DNA of 64,000 nt from positions 309,813 to 373,812 of the forward strand of contig JAGYIV010000012.1 in assembly GCA_018402345.1 (NCBI GenBank). Direction: 5' to 3'. This stretch comes from Terrimicrobiaceae bacterium (GTDB lineage: Bacteria > Verrucomicrobiota > Verrucomicrobiia > Chthoniobacterales > Terrimicrobiaceae). This document shows, in pieces, positions 9,164 through 20,822 of the stretch (the first letter of the stretch is position 1; every line of letters starts with the position of its first letter). Made by a program: the position numbers and the translations under genes. The notes under the pieces were generated by a model. That model was not told the DNA's origin. It worked only from the letters and a program-made list of their open reading frames with translations, and made no database searches.

Positions 9164-9950
9164 TCAGTCGCGGGGCATGACCCCGAGGAAATTGCGCACG
9201 CGCTTGATCTCGGGGAGCGACACAACGGCATCTGCCCACAGGCCGCTTGAGGTGCCGCCGTCGAGATTGAGGGCGGATCGAGGTGCCCATGATCCGAAAA
9301 TATTCGGGAGCGCGAGGATGTTTGCGGCGTCCTCGAGGCTGACCGAGGTGATGTAGACGAGGGCGGTCGAGCCATTCGGCCCAGTGGCTGCGGCGGTGCG
9401 GCGGGCAATGCGCGAGGCGTTTAGTCCCTGGACCGGTTTGCCGTGTTCCACAAGCATCGGGCCGCATTGGATGGCATCGCGGAAGGCCGGAGGTTTGCGG
9501 CGGTAGTCCGGGGAGCGGAGGATTGTGATGCGCCCCTGGGCATCGGCGCCGAGAATGCCGCTGAGGAGCTTCGCGTTTTCGTAGGAGTGGAGGGTTTTTC
9601 CCTCCGAGACGACGAGGCCGATGGGGGTGAAGTCGGGGTGGAAGTAGCCTCCATTAACGCCCGCCGGGATGCCTGCGTGGCGAAGGGTATTTTCGAGAAT
9701 GGCATTTCCCGGTGACGGGCTGTCCACGACGCGGAGGGTGAATGCCTTTTCCTTGAAGACAATCGCGGTGAGGCGCGCGGTGGCCTCGCCGTTTCTGCAT
9801 TCCGATTCGATGATCTCGAGCCCTGGGCGAGGGAATCCGAGGGACTTGGTGGATGCGACCGCCCACTGCGCCATGGCGGCTGGGGCGGCTGCGAGGCAGA
9901 CCATGACGGCCGCCAACACGGCCGGAAGCCGTGTTGGGAAGAGTCGGCGG

Positions 9951-9958
<8 letters not shown>
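9164..9958 (-). CDS. Phosphodiester glycosidase family (DUF2233) secreted protein
   Basis: 264-aa ORF with a signal peptide ([15 protein letters not shown]) and the motifs VNGGYF and [11 protein letters not shown]. Its start overlaps the acs stop by 8 nt. Confidence 0.7.
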
Positions 9959-11900
<1,942 letters not shown>

Positions 11901-11949
11901 AAGGGAGGTAGGAACGGTGGATTAAGTCAGAAAGGGAGGCGCGGGGCAA

Positions 11950-12699
11950 TCAGTCTCCGTCGCCGAAATCCGAGGAGGCCGAGCGAACAATGCTTGTATT
12001 GTTGTAGAGGTCGCGGTTCGAGGCTTGGAATTCGGCCTTGAGACGAACCCGGATGCGCGAGATGTCGACGAGGTCCCATTTTTCAAAACGGATCGAGCCT
12101 CCCTCACCCGAGTTGTGTGCGACGCCGACAAGCAGGTGAATCGCGTCATCGTGGACTTTGGCGGTGGTGGTCTTGGGTTCGTAGTAGAACGTGCGGAGGC
12201 TGCTGTCGCGGGAGTTGCGCGCATAGAGTTTCGGGTCGAGGTAGACGACGCGACCATCCTCGAGTTCGAGGCGGAGATCCGGGTAGCCGCTTCGTTGTTC
12301 CTTGCCGTCGGCGGTTTTGGGAACAGAGCAAGTCCAACCGGGGATCGAGTTCAGCTCCTTGAGAAGTTGGTCCTCGATATGGCGACTGGCTTCGTTGATG
12401 CGGCCGACAGCGTGGATTGGGTGTGACGGCGTGTTGAGAGCGCCGAGGGTGCGGTCGAGCGAAGCGGAGAGTTTGTCCAACCACAGGGAGTCTGTCGCGG
12501 GATCGAGAGTGAGGATTTTTTTGCCCGAGGTCGCTGCAAGGACATCGCTGAATGGGATGCCGGTGAGGTCGCGTTCCTCTTCGAGGAGCCATTTGATGAG
12601 TGTTGTGGCGTCCGAAGAGTCTTGCTGCGCGGGGGCCGGCATGGCCGCCGAGAGCAGGAGGGCGGCGAGGAGAGGTCGGCTGGCCTTAGAATGTGACAC
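11950..12699 (-). CDS. Secreted hypothetical protein with PD-(D/E)XK-like motif
   Basis: GTG start at 12699 overlaps the porin stop by 14 nt. Signal peptide SRPLLAALLLSAAMPAPAQ. Motif series HIEDQL ... GYPDLRL ... VVYLDPKLY fits E / PD / DxK spacing. Confidence 0.6.
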   Translation of the reverse strand: MSHSKASRPLLAALLLSAAMPAPAQQDSSDATTLIKWLLEEERDLTGIPFSDVLAATSGKKILTLDPATDSLWLDKLSASLDRTLGALNTPSHPIHAVGRINEASRHIEDQLLKELNSIPGWTCSVPKTADGKEQRSGYPDLRLELEDGRVVYLDPKLYARNSRDSSLRTFYYEPKTTTAKVHDDAIHLLVGVAHNSGEGGSIRFEKWDLVDISRIRVRLKAEFQASNRDLYNNTSIVRSASSDFGDGD

Positions 12700-14140
12700 T
12701 CATCTGGGCGCCCAGCACGAGGGCGTTGGGGATATTGCCGGTGCCACCGGGATTGATGATCCACTGGAGGTTGGGTTGCACGTAGGCGAATTTGGCGATC
12801 TGGAAGCGGTATCCCGCTTCGAGGGCGATCTCGTAGGATGGTGAACCCGCGCCGGTGGCTGCGATGGTGTCTGCGTAGTCGTCGCTGAAGTTGCCGTAGA
12901 CGAAGCCCAGCATGGTGACATCCCTGTTTCGGGTCGGAACAAGACCGCGGTAGACGATGCCCGCGTTCACTTGGAAGGGAAGCTTTGAAATGTTTTGCTG
13001 GGGCGAGAGGACGAAAGCGGACCAGAGGGTGAGTCCTTGATCGCTGCCGGGGGTCTCCTGCCAGATCATCTGGTCGGCGTGCCAGTAGAAGCCGTAGGAA
13101 TTTGTGGCGGTTTCTTCGGAGCCGAACTGCGCGTATTCGGCCGGCGAGAAGTAGCCGCCGAACCAGTAGTGGCCCGGGAGTCCGCGCATGGCGGCGGTCT
13201 CCGCCGGACGCAGCGTCTTGCCTTCCGAGAGCGACTGGGGTGTGGCGACGGCTTTTCCATCCGGCACGGACTGCTCGGTGGCGACGGGTTTTTTGAAGAA
13301 TTCCGGAGTCCAGCCGACCTGGCCAATCATGAAGACGCCGTCATTCGGGCCCATGCCCCAGTTGAGGCCGTGGTATTCGTAGAGTTCGGGGTTGCCAACC
13401 TGGTAGATGCCTGCCATGGCGAACCAGTCTGGTGAGGGATCGACGCGGAGGCGGGCGCCCCAGGTGGCGGCGGGGTAGGACGAGAAGCCCGTGTTGACAG
13501 GGAGGGCCTGTGGGTTGCCATCGATGCCGTTGTTCATGTAGAGCCAGTAGAGCGGGGACGAGGCGAAATCGTCGCCGGTGGCGAAGCGGCCGATTTTGAT
13601 GCCCGCCTTGTCATCGAGGAACGTCTGCTCGAGGGCGAGGGCGTAAAAAACGACGGTCTGTGTGCCGTAAACCTGCTGGACGGTGAATTGGTTGCCGATG
13701 TCGCGGGCGGAGAGGTTCGATCCGTTGCGGTCGAGGGCGCTGACGGTGAGGGTGAGGCCGTCCCAGTGGATGAGTTTTTCAAAATCGAACTGGATGCCGA
13801 AGCTGAAGTTGTCCGCGTAGGCGAATGCCTGGGAGTTGCCGCCCACGGGGTTTCCCGCGATGTTGTTCGTGTAACTTGCCGAGACGGCCACTCCACTGTC
13901 ATCGAGGAAATTCCGGACTCCCCACCAATCGCCGGTGAACGCTTCGCCATCCAACCAATCACGCGAACCCATATAGTTCGAGGGGTATGGGTTGTAGTAG
14001 GACCAGAAGCGGGAGTAGCCGAGCATCTGGTCCTCCTGCTCATTATAGCCGGACGGAGTGCCGGGGATGTTGCCATCCCACTGGGCGCGGGCGGAGATTG
14101 CAACGAGGGTGAAGAGGAGGGTAAGTGCGAGTTTTTTCAT
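12686..14140 (-). CDS. Carbohydrate-selective porin, OprB family
   Basis: ORF-track ORF 12686-14452 was trimmed to ATG 14140 (MKKLALTLLFTLVAISARAQ signal peptide). Beta-barrel-like alternating pattern with a C-terminal aromatic residue (VTF). Resembles the OprB family. Confidence 0.8.
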   Translation of the reverse strand: MKKLALTLLFTLVAISARAQWDGNIPGTPSGYNEQEDQMLGYSRFWSYYNPYPSNYMGSRDWLDGEAFTGDWWGVRNFLDDSGVAVSASYTNNIAGNPVGGNSQAFAYADNFSFGIQFDFEKLIHWDGLTLTVSALDRNGSNLSARDIGNQFTVQQVYGTQTVVFYALALEQTFLDDKAGIKIGRFATGDDFASSPLYWLYMNNGIDGNPQALPVNTGFSSYPAATWGARLRVDPSPDWFAMAGIYQVGNPELYEYHGLNWGMGPNDGVFMIGQVGWTPEFFKKPVATEQSVPDGKAVATPQSLSEGKTLRPAETAAMRGLPGHYWFGGYFSPAEYAQFGSEETATNSYGFYWHADQMIWQETPGSDQGLTLWSAFVLSPQQNISKLPFQVNAGIVYRGLVPTRNRDVTMLGFVYGNFSDDYADTIAATGAGSPSYEIALEAGYRFQIAKFAYVQPNLQWIINPGGTGNIPNALVLGAQMSVTF

Positions 14141-14171
14141 CGGGGGTTGAAAGAGTTGATTGGGGCTTAAA

Positions 14172-15164
14172 TCAAAAATCGCTGGCGCTGCCAATGCCGA
14201 TTTTTTGGAGGGCAAGAGCGAGAGCCTTGCGGTGGGGGCTCGGCATGGCCGGGAGGTTGTCGAGGGGGAAGAGGGTCCAATGAGGTTCTGCGGCCGAGGC
14301 ATGGAGTTCGAGGCGGACTTTGTAGCGAGTGATCGCGTGGGTGATGGTGACGACTGGTTCCTCGGGGTCTGTGCATGGCGGGAGGGTCCAGAGCCCCTTC
14401 CAGCGCGGGCCGGCGGACTGCAGGAGGTGAACGCCATCGGCCGATGCCGCAATGGAGCGGGCTTCCACGACTTCGGTGGTTTTTTTGCGAGGAGGCTTCA
14501 CGGGAAGCAAGGCTGGGGATTGCGCCTTGCAGAATGATTTCACTGGGCACGACAGGCAGTCCGGCACGCCCGCGTGGCAGATGATTGAGCCAAGATCCAT
14601 GAGTGCTGAAGTGTGGGCGCGGCCACCGGTGGGCGGAAGGAGCGCGGTGGAGATGCGTTCGATCGAGGCCATGCCTTGTGCGGTTGAGATGGGGGATTCG
14701 AAATTCGCGAGGCGGGCAGCGAGGCGAATGATGTTTGCGTCGAGGACAGGCACGCATTTGTCGAATGCAAAGGCGGCGATGGCGGAAGCCGTGTAGGGGC
14801 CGATGCCCGGCAGGGACCGGAGGGCGGCCGGGTCGGAGGGGATGATGCCGCAGTGGAGGGTGGCGATAGCATTTGCGGCGCGGTGGAGGTTGCGAGCGCG
14901 AGAGTAGTAACCAAGGCCTTCCCAGTGTTTGAGCACCTCCGCTTCGGTGGCGTTGGCGAGGGTTGCGATGTCCGGAAAGCGCGCCATCCACCCTTTGAAC
15001 CTGGGAATGACTGTGGCGACGGTCGTTTGCTGGAGCATGAATTCCGAGACCAGAACCGCGTAGGGGGTCGGGGCATCGCGCCATGGCAGGCCGCGGCGTC
15101 CGTTCGCAGCGAACCACGAGGCGAGGGCGGTGTGGAATTCCGGCAGTGTGGCACGATCTATCAT
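14172..15164 (-). CDS. mutY: A/G-specific adenine DNA glycosylase
   Basis: 330-aa ORF with an HhH-GPD region (LPGIGPYTASAI), a 4Fe-4S loop (CHAGVPDCLSCPVKSFC) and a NUDIX-like C-terminal domain. Confidence 0.9.
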   Translation of the reverse strand: MIDRATLPEFHTALASWFAANGRRGLPWRDAPTPYAVLVSEFMLQQTTVATVIPRFKGWMARFPDIATLANATEAEVLKHWEGLGYYSRARNLHRAANAIATLHCGIIPSDPAALRSLPGIGPYTASAIAAFAFDKCVPVLDANIIRLAARLANFESPISTAQGMASIERISTALLPPTGGRAHTSALMDLGSIICHAGVPDCLSCPVKSFCKAQSPALLPVKPPRKKTTEVVEARSIAASADGVHLLQSAGPRWKGLWTLPPCTDPEEPVVTITHAITRYKVRLELHASAAEPHWTLFPLDNLPAMPSPHRKALALALQKIGIGSASDF

Positions 15165-15201
15165 CTGGACACCCGCGAGTGATTACGCGCAAAACTACCC
15201 G

Positions 15202-16140
15202 ATGTCTTCCGCAAAACCGCCCCACTCGCATACCGTGCAGATCACGCCCGAACAGGCCGAGGCATTGCGCGGGGTGTTGGCTGCTGATGGGTGCGAGTTC
15301 GAGGAACGGCCGTATATGATGTATTTCGCGCGGTGCGCCAAGGTGACGGTAGCCGTCTATGAAAAGGGCCCCAAGGCCGTGATTCAGGGGAGGGGCTTGG
15401 AGGATTTTATCACGCTGGTGCTCGAGCCGCGTGTCCTCGGCGAGGCACGGTATGGTTACGAGGAGGTCTTGAGTCCCGAGCTTTACGAGCCGCATTTCGG
15501 TATCGACGAGAGCGGGAAGGGGGATTTTTTCGGTCCGCTGGTGGTGGCCGGCGTGTATGTGGATGAGGGGATTGCAAAGACGCTCAAGGCTGCCGGGGTT
15601 CAGGACAGCAAGGCGATCTCCAGCGATGCGCGGATCAGGCAGCTTGCCGCCGCGATCCGGCAGGCGAGGGTGCCCGCCAGTGTCGTGACGATCGCGCCGC
15701 CGCGCTACAACGAGCTTCACCGCAAGATCGGGAATGTGAACCGCATGCTCGCGTGGGGGCATGCGCGGGTGATCGAGGACCTTTGTGGGTTGTGTCCAGA
15801 GTGTCCGAGGGCGCTATCCGACAAGTTTGCTGATGCGCGGGTGCTCGAGCGCGCCTTGATGGAGAAGGGCAGGAATATCCATCTCGACCAGCGCACCAAG
15901 GCCGAGTCCGACTACGCCGTCGCGGCCGCTTCGATTCTTGCCCGCGAGCGGTTCATCAATTGGATGGACGAGAAGGGCACCGCGCTCGGGGTCGAGTTGC
16001 CGCGCGGGGCGTCAGCACGGGTCCAGACCGCCGCGGTGGAGTTGATGCGCAAGTCGGGGGAGAATGTCCTCGAGGAGTGTGCGAAGACGCATTTCAAGAC
16101 CGCCGGGGAGGTCCTGAGCCGTTTTCGCGGCGAGAAGTAA
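15202..16140 (+). CDS. rnhC: Ribonuclease HIII
   Basis: Trimmed to ATG 15202 (MSSAKPP). N-terminal substrate-binding domain plus the GIDESGKGDFFGPLVVAGV catalytic motif. At ~312 aa it fits RNase HIII rather than HII. Confidence 0.85.
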   Translation: MSSAKPPHSHTVQITPEQAEALRGVLAADGCEFEERPYMMYFARCAKVTVAVYEKGPKAVIQGRGLEDFITLVLEPRVLGEARYGYEEVLSPELYEPHFGIDESGKGDFFGPLVVAGVYVDEGIAKTLKAAGVQDSKAISSDARIRQLAAAIRQARVPASVVTIAPPRYNELHRKIGNVNRMLAWGHARVIEDLCGLCPECPRALSDKFADARVLERALMEKGRNIHLDQRTKAESDYAVAAASILARERFINWMDEKGTALGVELPRGASARVQTAAVELMRKSGENVLEECAKTHFKTAGEVLSRFRGEK

Positions 16141-16199
16141 GGGTTTTTCCGGAAATTCTTGTTGTTTTACGCATTCGTCAAAGCGTATTCCCGCGGGCT

Positions 16200-18178
16200 G
16201 TGAACACTCTCCTTGAACTCTCCCTTTTGGAATTGCTGTTGTCGGCGTCATTGCATTTGGAATCTGGAAGGCACGGGATGAAATCCATGCCGGGGAGGGT
16301 GGGGCGAGCGGATACTTTCTGGCCGGGCGTGGGTTGACCTGGTGGTTGGTCGGGTTTTCGCTGATCGCGGCGAACATCTCGACCGAGCAATTCGTCGGCA
16401 TGTCCGGATCGGCTGCGAACTGGCTCGGCATGGCTGTGGCCTCCTACGAATGGATGGCGGCGGTGACGCTTGTGGTGGTGGCGTTTCTTTTCCTTCCGAG
16501 GTTCCTTCGCACCGGCATCTACACGATTCCGGAGTTTCTTGAATACCGGTTCGGTGTTGCTGCGCGACTGGCCATGGCATTGTTGACGATTTTCATCCTG
16601 GTGGTCGTGCCGACCGCGTCGGTTATTTTCAGCGGGGCGAAATTCATTTCCGGTTATTACGCCGGGATGCCTGTGCTTGGCGATCTGGTGACCGGGTGTT
16701 GGCTGATCGGGATTCTTGCGGCCGCGTATGTGTTTGCCGGTGGGTTGAAGGCCTGTGCGTGGACGGATTTGATCTGGGGGGCCGGGCTGATTGTTGGAGG
16801 GGCGATTGTTATGTTCCTGGCGTTCCAGACCCTTGAGAAAACTCCCGCCGAGGAGTTGATCGCGACTAAGGTCGCGAACTCGCAGGCCACGGTTGAGGAT
16901 TTGCAGGGAGCTGGAGCGTGGGACCGCCTTTGGTTGCTAAACGACGGCAAGGACGGCGAGGCGATTGCAGTCGATGGTCCGAACGGGTCTGGTGGCAAGC
17001 TGCACATGGGCCGCCCGATCGAGGACACAGACATCCCGTGGTCCGCCCTTCTCCTCGGCCTCTGGATTCCGAACTTCTTCTACTGGGGGCTGAACCAATA
17101 CATCGTCCAGCGCACGCTTGGATCGAAGTCCCTCGCCGAGGGGCAGAAGGGCATCGTCTTCGCGGCGTTCCTCAAACTCATCATCCCCTTTGTGGTGGTG
17201 ATCCCCGGCATTCTCGCCTTCAACCTCTTCTCCTCCGACCTACACAGCTCGGCGGCGGAGAAAAACACCAAAGCCGTCCAGTCCGCCCCAGCGAATGTCA
17301 CAATCACGCTGGATGAAAGCGTCGCCCGCCTCCAGCCGGACCTCGCTGCAAAGGCCCTTGAACGCAACGCCGCCCTCGCCGGTATCGCCGCCGAGTCGAT
17401 CAGCGACCCCGGCATTCTGACCGGCCAGATCAACACCCTCTCCGCGCAGGCCATCGCCGCGAACAAAGGCATCACTGAAGGCCCGCGACTCGTGGGCTAC
17501 GACTACGACTCTGCCTTCCCCGTGCTCGTTCGCAACCTCCTCCGTGAGCATTGGTATCTCTCGTGGTTTGTCCTTGCCGCCTTGTTCGGTGCCGTCGTCA
17601 GTTCGCTGGCCTCGATGCTCAACTCCGCCTCGACCATTGCCACGATGGATCTCTACGCGAAGGCCACAAAAACGACCGACGGCACCAAACTGGTGAAAGC
17701 CGGCCGCGTCTTTGTCGTCCTGTTTGTGCTGGTCGCCATCCTCGTCGCCCCGAATTTTGACAACCCGAAGCTCGGCGGCATTTTCAAGATTATTCAGGAA
17801 TTCCAAGGCTTCATCTCGCCCGGTATTTTGGCGATTTTCATTGTCGGATTTTTCATTCCCCGCGCGCCGCGTTACGTCGGGGTCATGGGAATCCTGCTGA
17901 ATGCCGTGGCCTATGGGGCGTTGAAGTGGGGGTTGGGCGACGCGATCGTCTCGGCCGGGTTGTGGTTCGCACCGACGATTTCATTCCTCGATCGGATGGC
18001 GATCTGCTTCCTGCTGGTGATGTTGGCCTCGGGGATTGCGACATTGGTTCACCCGCTCAAGGAACCGGCCAAACTTCCCGTCAACGAGTCCATGCCGCTC
18101 GAGCCTTCGCGATTGGCCGCCTTCGGGGGCGTGGGCGTCGTGATTCTTACTGCGGTGCTCTACGTCATCTTCTGGTAG
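16200..18178 (+). CDS. Sodium:solute symporter (SSS family), 5' end disrupted by an apparent 1-nt frame change
   Basis: The main frame carries GYFLAGRGLTWWLVGFSLIAANISTEQFVG and about 13 TM segments. It has no ATG/GTG/TTG between the stop at 16214-16216 and TTG 16334. GTG 16200 in the adjacent frame encodes MNTLLELSLLE. Confidence 0.8.
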
Positions 18179-18243
18179 CAGCCACCCGGACCACCCTGTC
18201 CTGCTTGCGTGGCGGGGGCGTGAGCGGGTAGGGTTTGTAGTTC

Positions 18244-18966
18244 ATGCGACGTTGGGCGTTTTGGATTTGTCTGATGCTATTTGTGGCCGGCTTGGCAGCC
18301 GTGCCAGGCGGCAAGACGTCTGTGCGTGTGGCGGACGGGTTCGATCTGCCTGTGGGAAAGCCCAACGGGGAGGGTTACTACATGTCGCGTGGGTTTTTGT
18401 CCTATCATCCCGGCGAGGATTGGAACGGCGTGCGCGGGGGGAATTCGGATCTCGGGGATCCTGTGTATGCGATCGGGAACGGGTATGTGACCTTCGCGCA
18501 TGACGCCCGGATGGGTTGGGGGAACGTGGTGATCGTGCGGCATGCGTATGTCGAAAACGGGAAACTGGAAACGGTTGATTCCATGTATGCGCACTTGGAC
18601 CGGATCATGGTGCGCAAGGGCCAGCAAGTCCTGCGCGGGCAGCAGATCGGAACGATTGGCACGAACCGGGGTATGTATACTGCGCACCTGCATTACGAAG
18701 TTCGCAAAAACCTGTTTATCGGCATCAATCGCTCGTCATTCGCCAGAAACCTGACCAACTACCACCGTCCGGGCCAGTTCATCGCCCAGCGGCGCAAGTT
18801 GCCAGGCGGAGGGCGGACGGCCCCCATTCCGATCAATACCTACAAGACGGATGGTGAGGGGTTTGTTTTTCCCGAATCCGCGGCGAAAAAGAAGGACTCA
18901 AAGGCGCCATCCGCCGCGCGAACCGAGCGCTTCCGTGTGAACCGGTTTGGGGATATGGGGGATTAA
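18244..18966 (+). CDS. M23 family metallopeptidase
   Basis: 240-aa ORF with a signal/TM N-terminus and the HxxxD (HPGEDW) and HxH (AHLHYEV) M23 motifs. Confidence 0.85.
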   Translation: MRRWAFWICLMLFVAGLAAVPGGKTSVRVADGFDLPVGKPNGEGYYMSRGFLSYHPGEDWNGVRGGNSDLGDPVYAIGNGYVTFAHDARMGWGNVVIVRHAYVENGKLETVDSMYAHLDRIMVRKGQQVLRGQQIGTIGTNRGMYTAHLHYEVRKNLFIGINRSSFARNLTNYHRPGQFIAQRRKLPGGGRTAPIPINTYKTDGEGFVFPESAAKKKDSKAPSAARTERFRVNRFGDMGD

Positions 18967-18968
18967 CC

Positions 18969-19796
18969 ATGCAAGAGGACGCACAGAGCAAAGTGGTCGA
19001 GCGCCTGTTTTTGATTGCCGGAGGCGGGGAGTATCCCCGGTTGGTGATCGAGGGGGCGAGGGCCGCCGGGGTCGGGCGGATCGCGATGGCGTTTTTCGAG
19101 GGAGAGACCGATCCGGCGCTATGTGCGGGTGTCGACGAGGTGTATCGGATGAAGGTCGGGCAGATGGGGAAGTTGGTGGATGCCGTGCGCAAGAGCGGGG
19201 CTGGCGGTGCGATCATGGCTGGCCAGATCGCGCCCGGGCATTTGTTTGATTTGCGGCCAGATTTCAAGGCGTTGGTGATTCTGGCGAAGTTGCGCGAGCG
19301 GAATGCCGAGTCGTTGTTTGGGGCTGTCTCCAACGAATTGGAAAAAGTCGGAGTGCCCGTGCTTTCGGCGGTGACATTTTTGGAGAGCCATCTGGCGGTG
19401 CTGGGTCCAATCGCTGGTCCGGTATTGAAGCCAAGGAATCTTGCTGATCTGGAATTCGGCCACCGCATCGCCAAGGAGACCAGTCGGTTGGATATCGGCC
19501 AGACGGTTGTGGTGAAAAACGGCACGGTGCTCGCTGTCGAGGCCTTCGAGGGAACGAACGAGGCGATCCGACGGGGAGGCAAGCTTGGGCGGGGAGGGGC
19601 GACGCTCGTCAAGGTGTCCAAGCCCGGTCAGGACATGCGATTCGATGTGCCGGTGATCGGCGAGCGGACACTCGAGGTGGCTGCCGAATCGGGGATCAAA
19701 ACAATCGGTGTCGAGGCCGGGAGAACGCTTCTGCTCGACAGGCCCCGCGTGTGCGTGGCGGCAAAGAACCTTGGGATTTCCCTTCACGGATTATGA
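18969..19796 (+). CDS. lpxI: UDP-2,3-diacylglucosamine diphosphatase LpxI (DUF1009)
   Basis: 275-aa ORF resembling the LpxI family (LIAGGGEYP, DMRFDVPVIG, GIKTIGVEAG). Confidence 0.8.
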   Translation: MQEDAQSKVVERLFLIAGGGEYPRLVIEGARAAGVGRIAMAFFEGETDPALCAGVDEVYRMKVGQMGKLVDAVRKSGAGGAIMAGQIAPGHLFDLRPDFKALVILAKLRERNAESLFGAVSNELEKVGVPVLSAVTFLESHLAVLGPIAGPVLKPRNLADLEFGHRIAKETSRLDIGQTVVVKNGTVLAVEAFEGTNEAIRRGGKLGRGGATLVKVSKPGQDMRFDVPVIGERTLEVAAESGIKTIGVEAGRTLLLDRPRVCVAAKNLGISLHGL

Positions 19797-20791
19797 ACAC
19801 ATTGCGAACCGGAGTTGTCGGCGTCGGGCACATGGGGGCGAACCACGCCCGGATTTACAGCGAGTTGCCCGGAAGCAGGCTGTCAGCAGTCTTTGATACC
19901 AACGCCGAGGCCGCCGGGGCTGCCGCCAAAAAATTCGGATGCGCCGCCGCGCGCTCGCTTGAGGAATTCGCCGAAATGGTCGATGCGGCGACGATCTGCA
20001 CGCCCACGGTCACGCACTATGCCACCGGCATGGCGCTGCTCGAGAAGCGTCTCCATTTGCTCGTTGAGAAGCCCATTGCCGACACGCCCGGGCGCGCGCG
20101 CGAGTTGTCCGAATGCGCTGCGCGGTTCGGGTGTGTGCTCCAAGTCGGACACGTCGAGCGGTTCAATCCGGTGCTGCACGCCCTCGAGGCGCAGCTCAAC
20201 AATCCGCGCTTTCTTGAGGTGACGCGCTTGTCGCCATATCCGAACAGGAGCACGGATATCGGGGTTGTGTTGGACCTGATGATCCACGATATCGAGATCA
20301 TTCTTCATCTGGTGCGTTCGCCGCTGGCATCGATGGATGCGGTCGGGATTCCGGTGCTCGGCAAGGGCGAGGACATCGCCAATGTGAGGTTCCGTTTCGA
20401 GAACGGTTGTGTGGCGAACGTGACCTCCAGCCGCATCAGCCAGGAACGGGTGAGAAAAATCCGGGTGTTCCAGGAGGACGCCTACCTATCGCTCGACTAC
20501 AAAAACCAGTCCGGCTACCTGCTCCGGTTGGCGCGTGACGACGAGAAGGAAAGTTCCGGCATCGGCAAGCTCATCGGGTTGGCGACGGATTCAAAGATCG
20601 TGACGGACTTCAGTGGACGCCGGATTGTCCGCGAGCCGGTCGCGGTGGAAAAAGGCGAGCCGTTGAAGATCGAGTTGGAATCGTTTTTGAAGTGCGCCCG
20701 CGAGGGTTTGAAGCCCAAGGTGACAGGCCTGGCGGCGGCTGACGCATTGGATATCGCGCTCGAGATCACGAAGCGGATACACGCAGGGTGA
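19793..20791 (+). CDS. Gfo/Idh/MocA family oxidoreductase
   Basis: Trimmed to ATG 19793 (MNTLRTGVVGVGHMGANH Rossmann motif). This ATG overlaps the lpxI stop (ATGA). Confidence 0.85.
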   Translation: MNTLRTGVVGVGHMGANHARIYSELPGSRLSAVFDTNAEAAGAAAKKFGCAAARSLEEFAEMVDAATICTPTVTHYATGMALLEKRLHLLVEKPIADTPGRARELSECAARFGCVLQVGHVERFNPVLHALEAQLNNPRFLEVTRLSPYPNRSTDIGVVLDLMIHDIEIILHLVRSPLASMDAVGIPVLGKGEDIANVRFRFENGCVANVTSSRISQERVRKIRVFQEDAYLSLDYKNQSGYLLRLARDDEKESSGIGKLIGLATDSKIVTDFSGRRIVREPVAVEKGEPLKIELESFLKCAREGLKPKVTGLAAADALDIALEITKRIHAG

Positions 20792-20822
20792 GGCGACTGG
20801 ATGTCCTTGAACGTCGGCCCTG

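Noticed and set aside
14141-14452. N-terminal extension of the porin ORF (start at 14452). Similar long extensions occur on prfC (to 51599), mlaD (to 62098), the thioesterase (to 45278) and others.
   Set aside because: The extensions are low-complexity, overlap neighbouring genes, and precede an internal ATG that yields a canonical signal peptide or conserved N-terminus.
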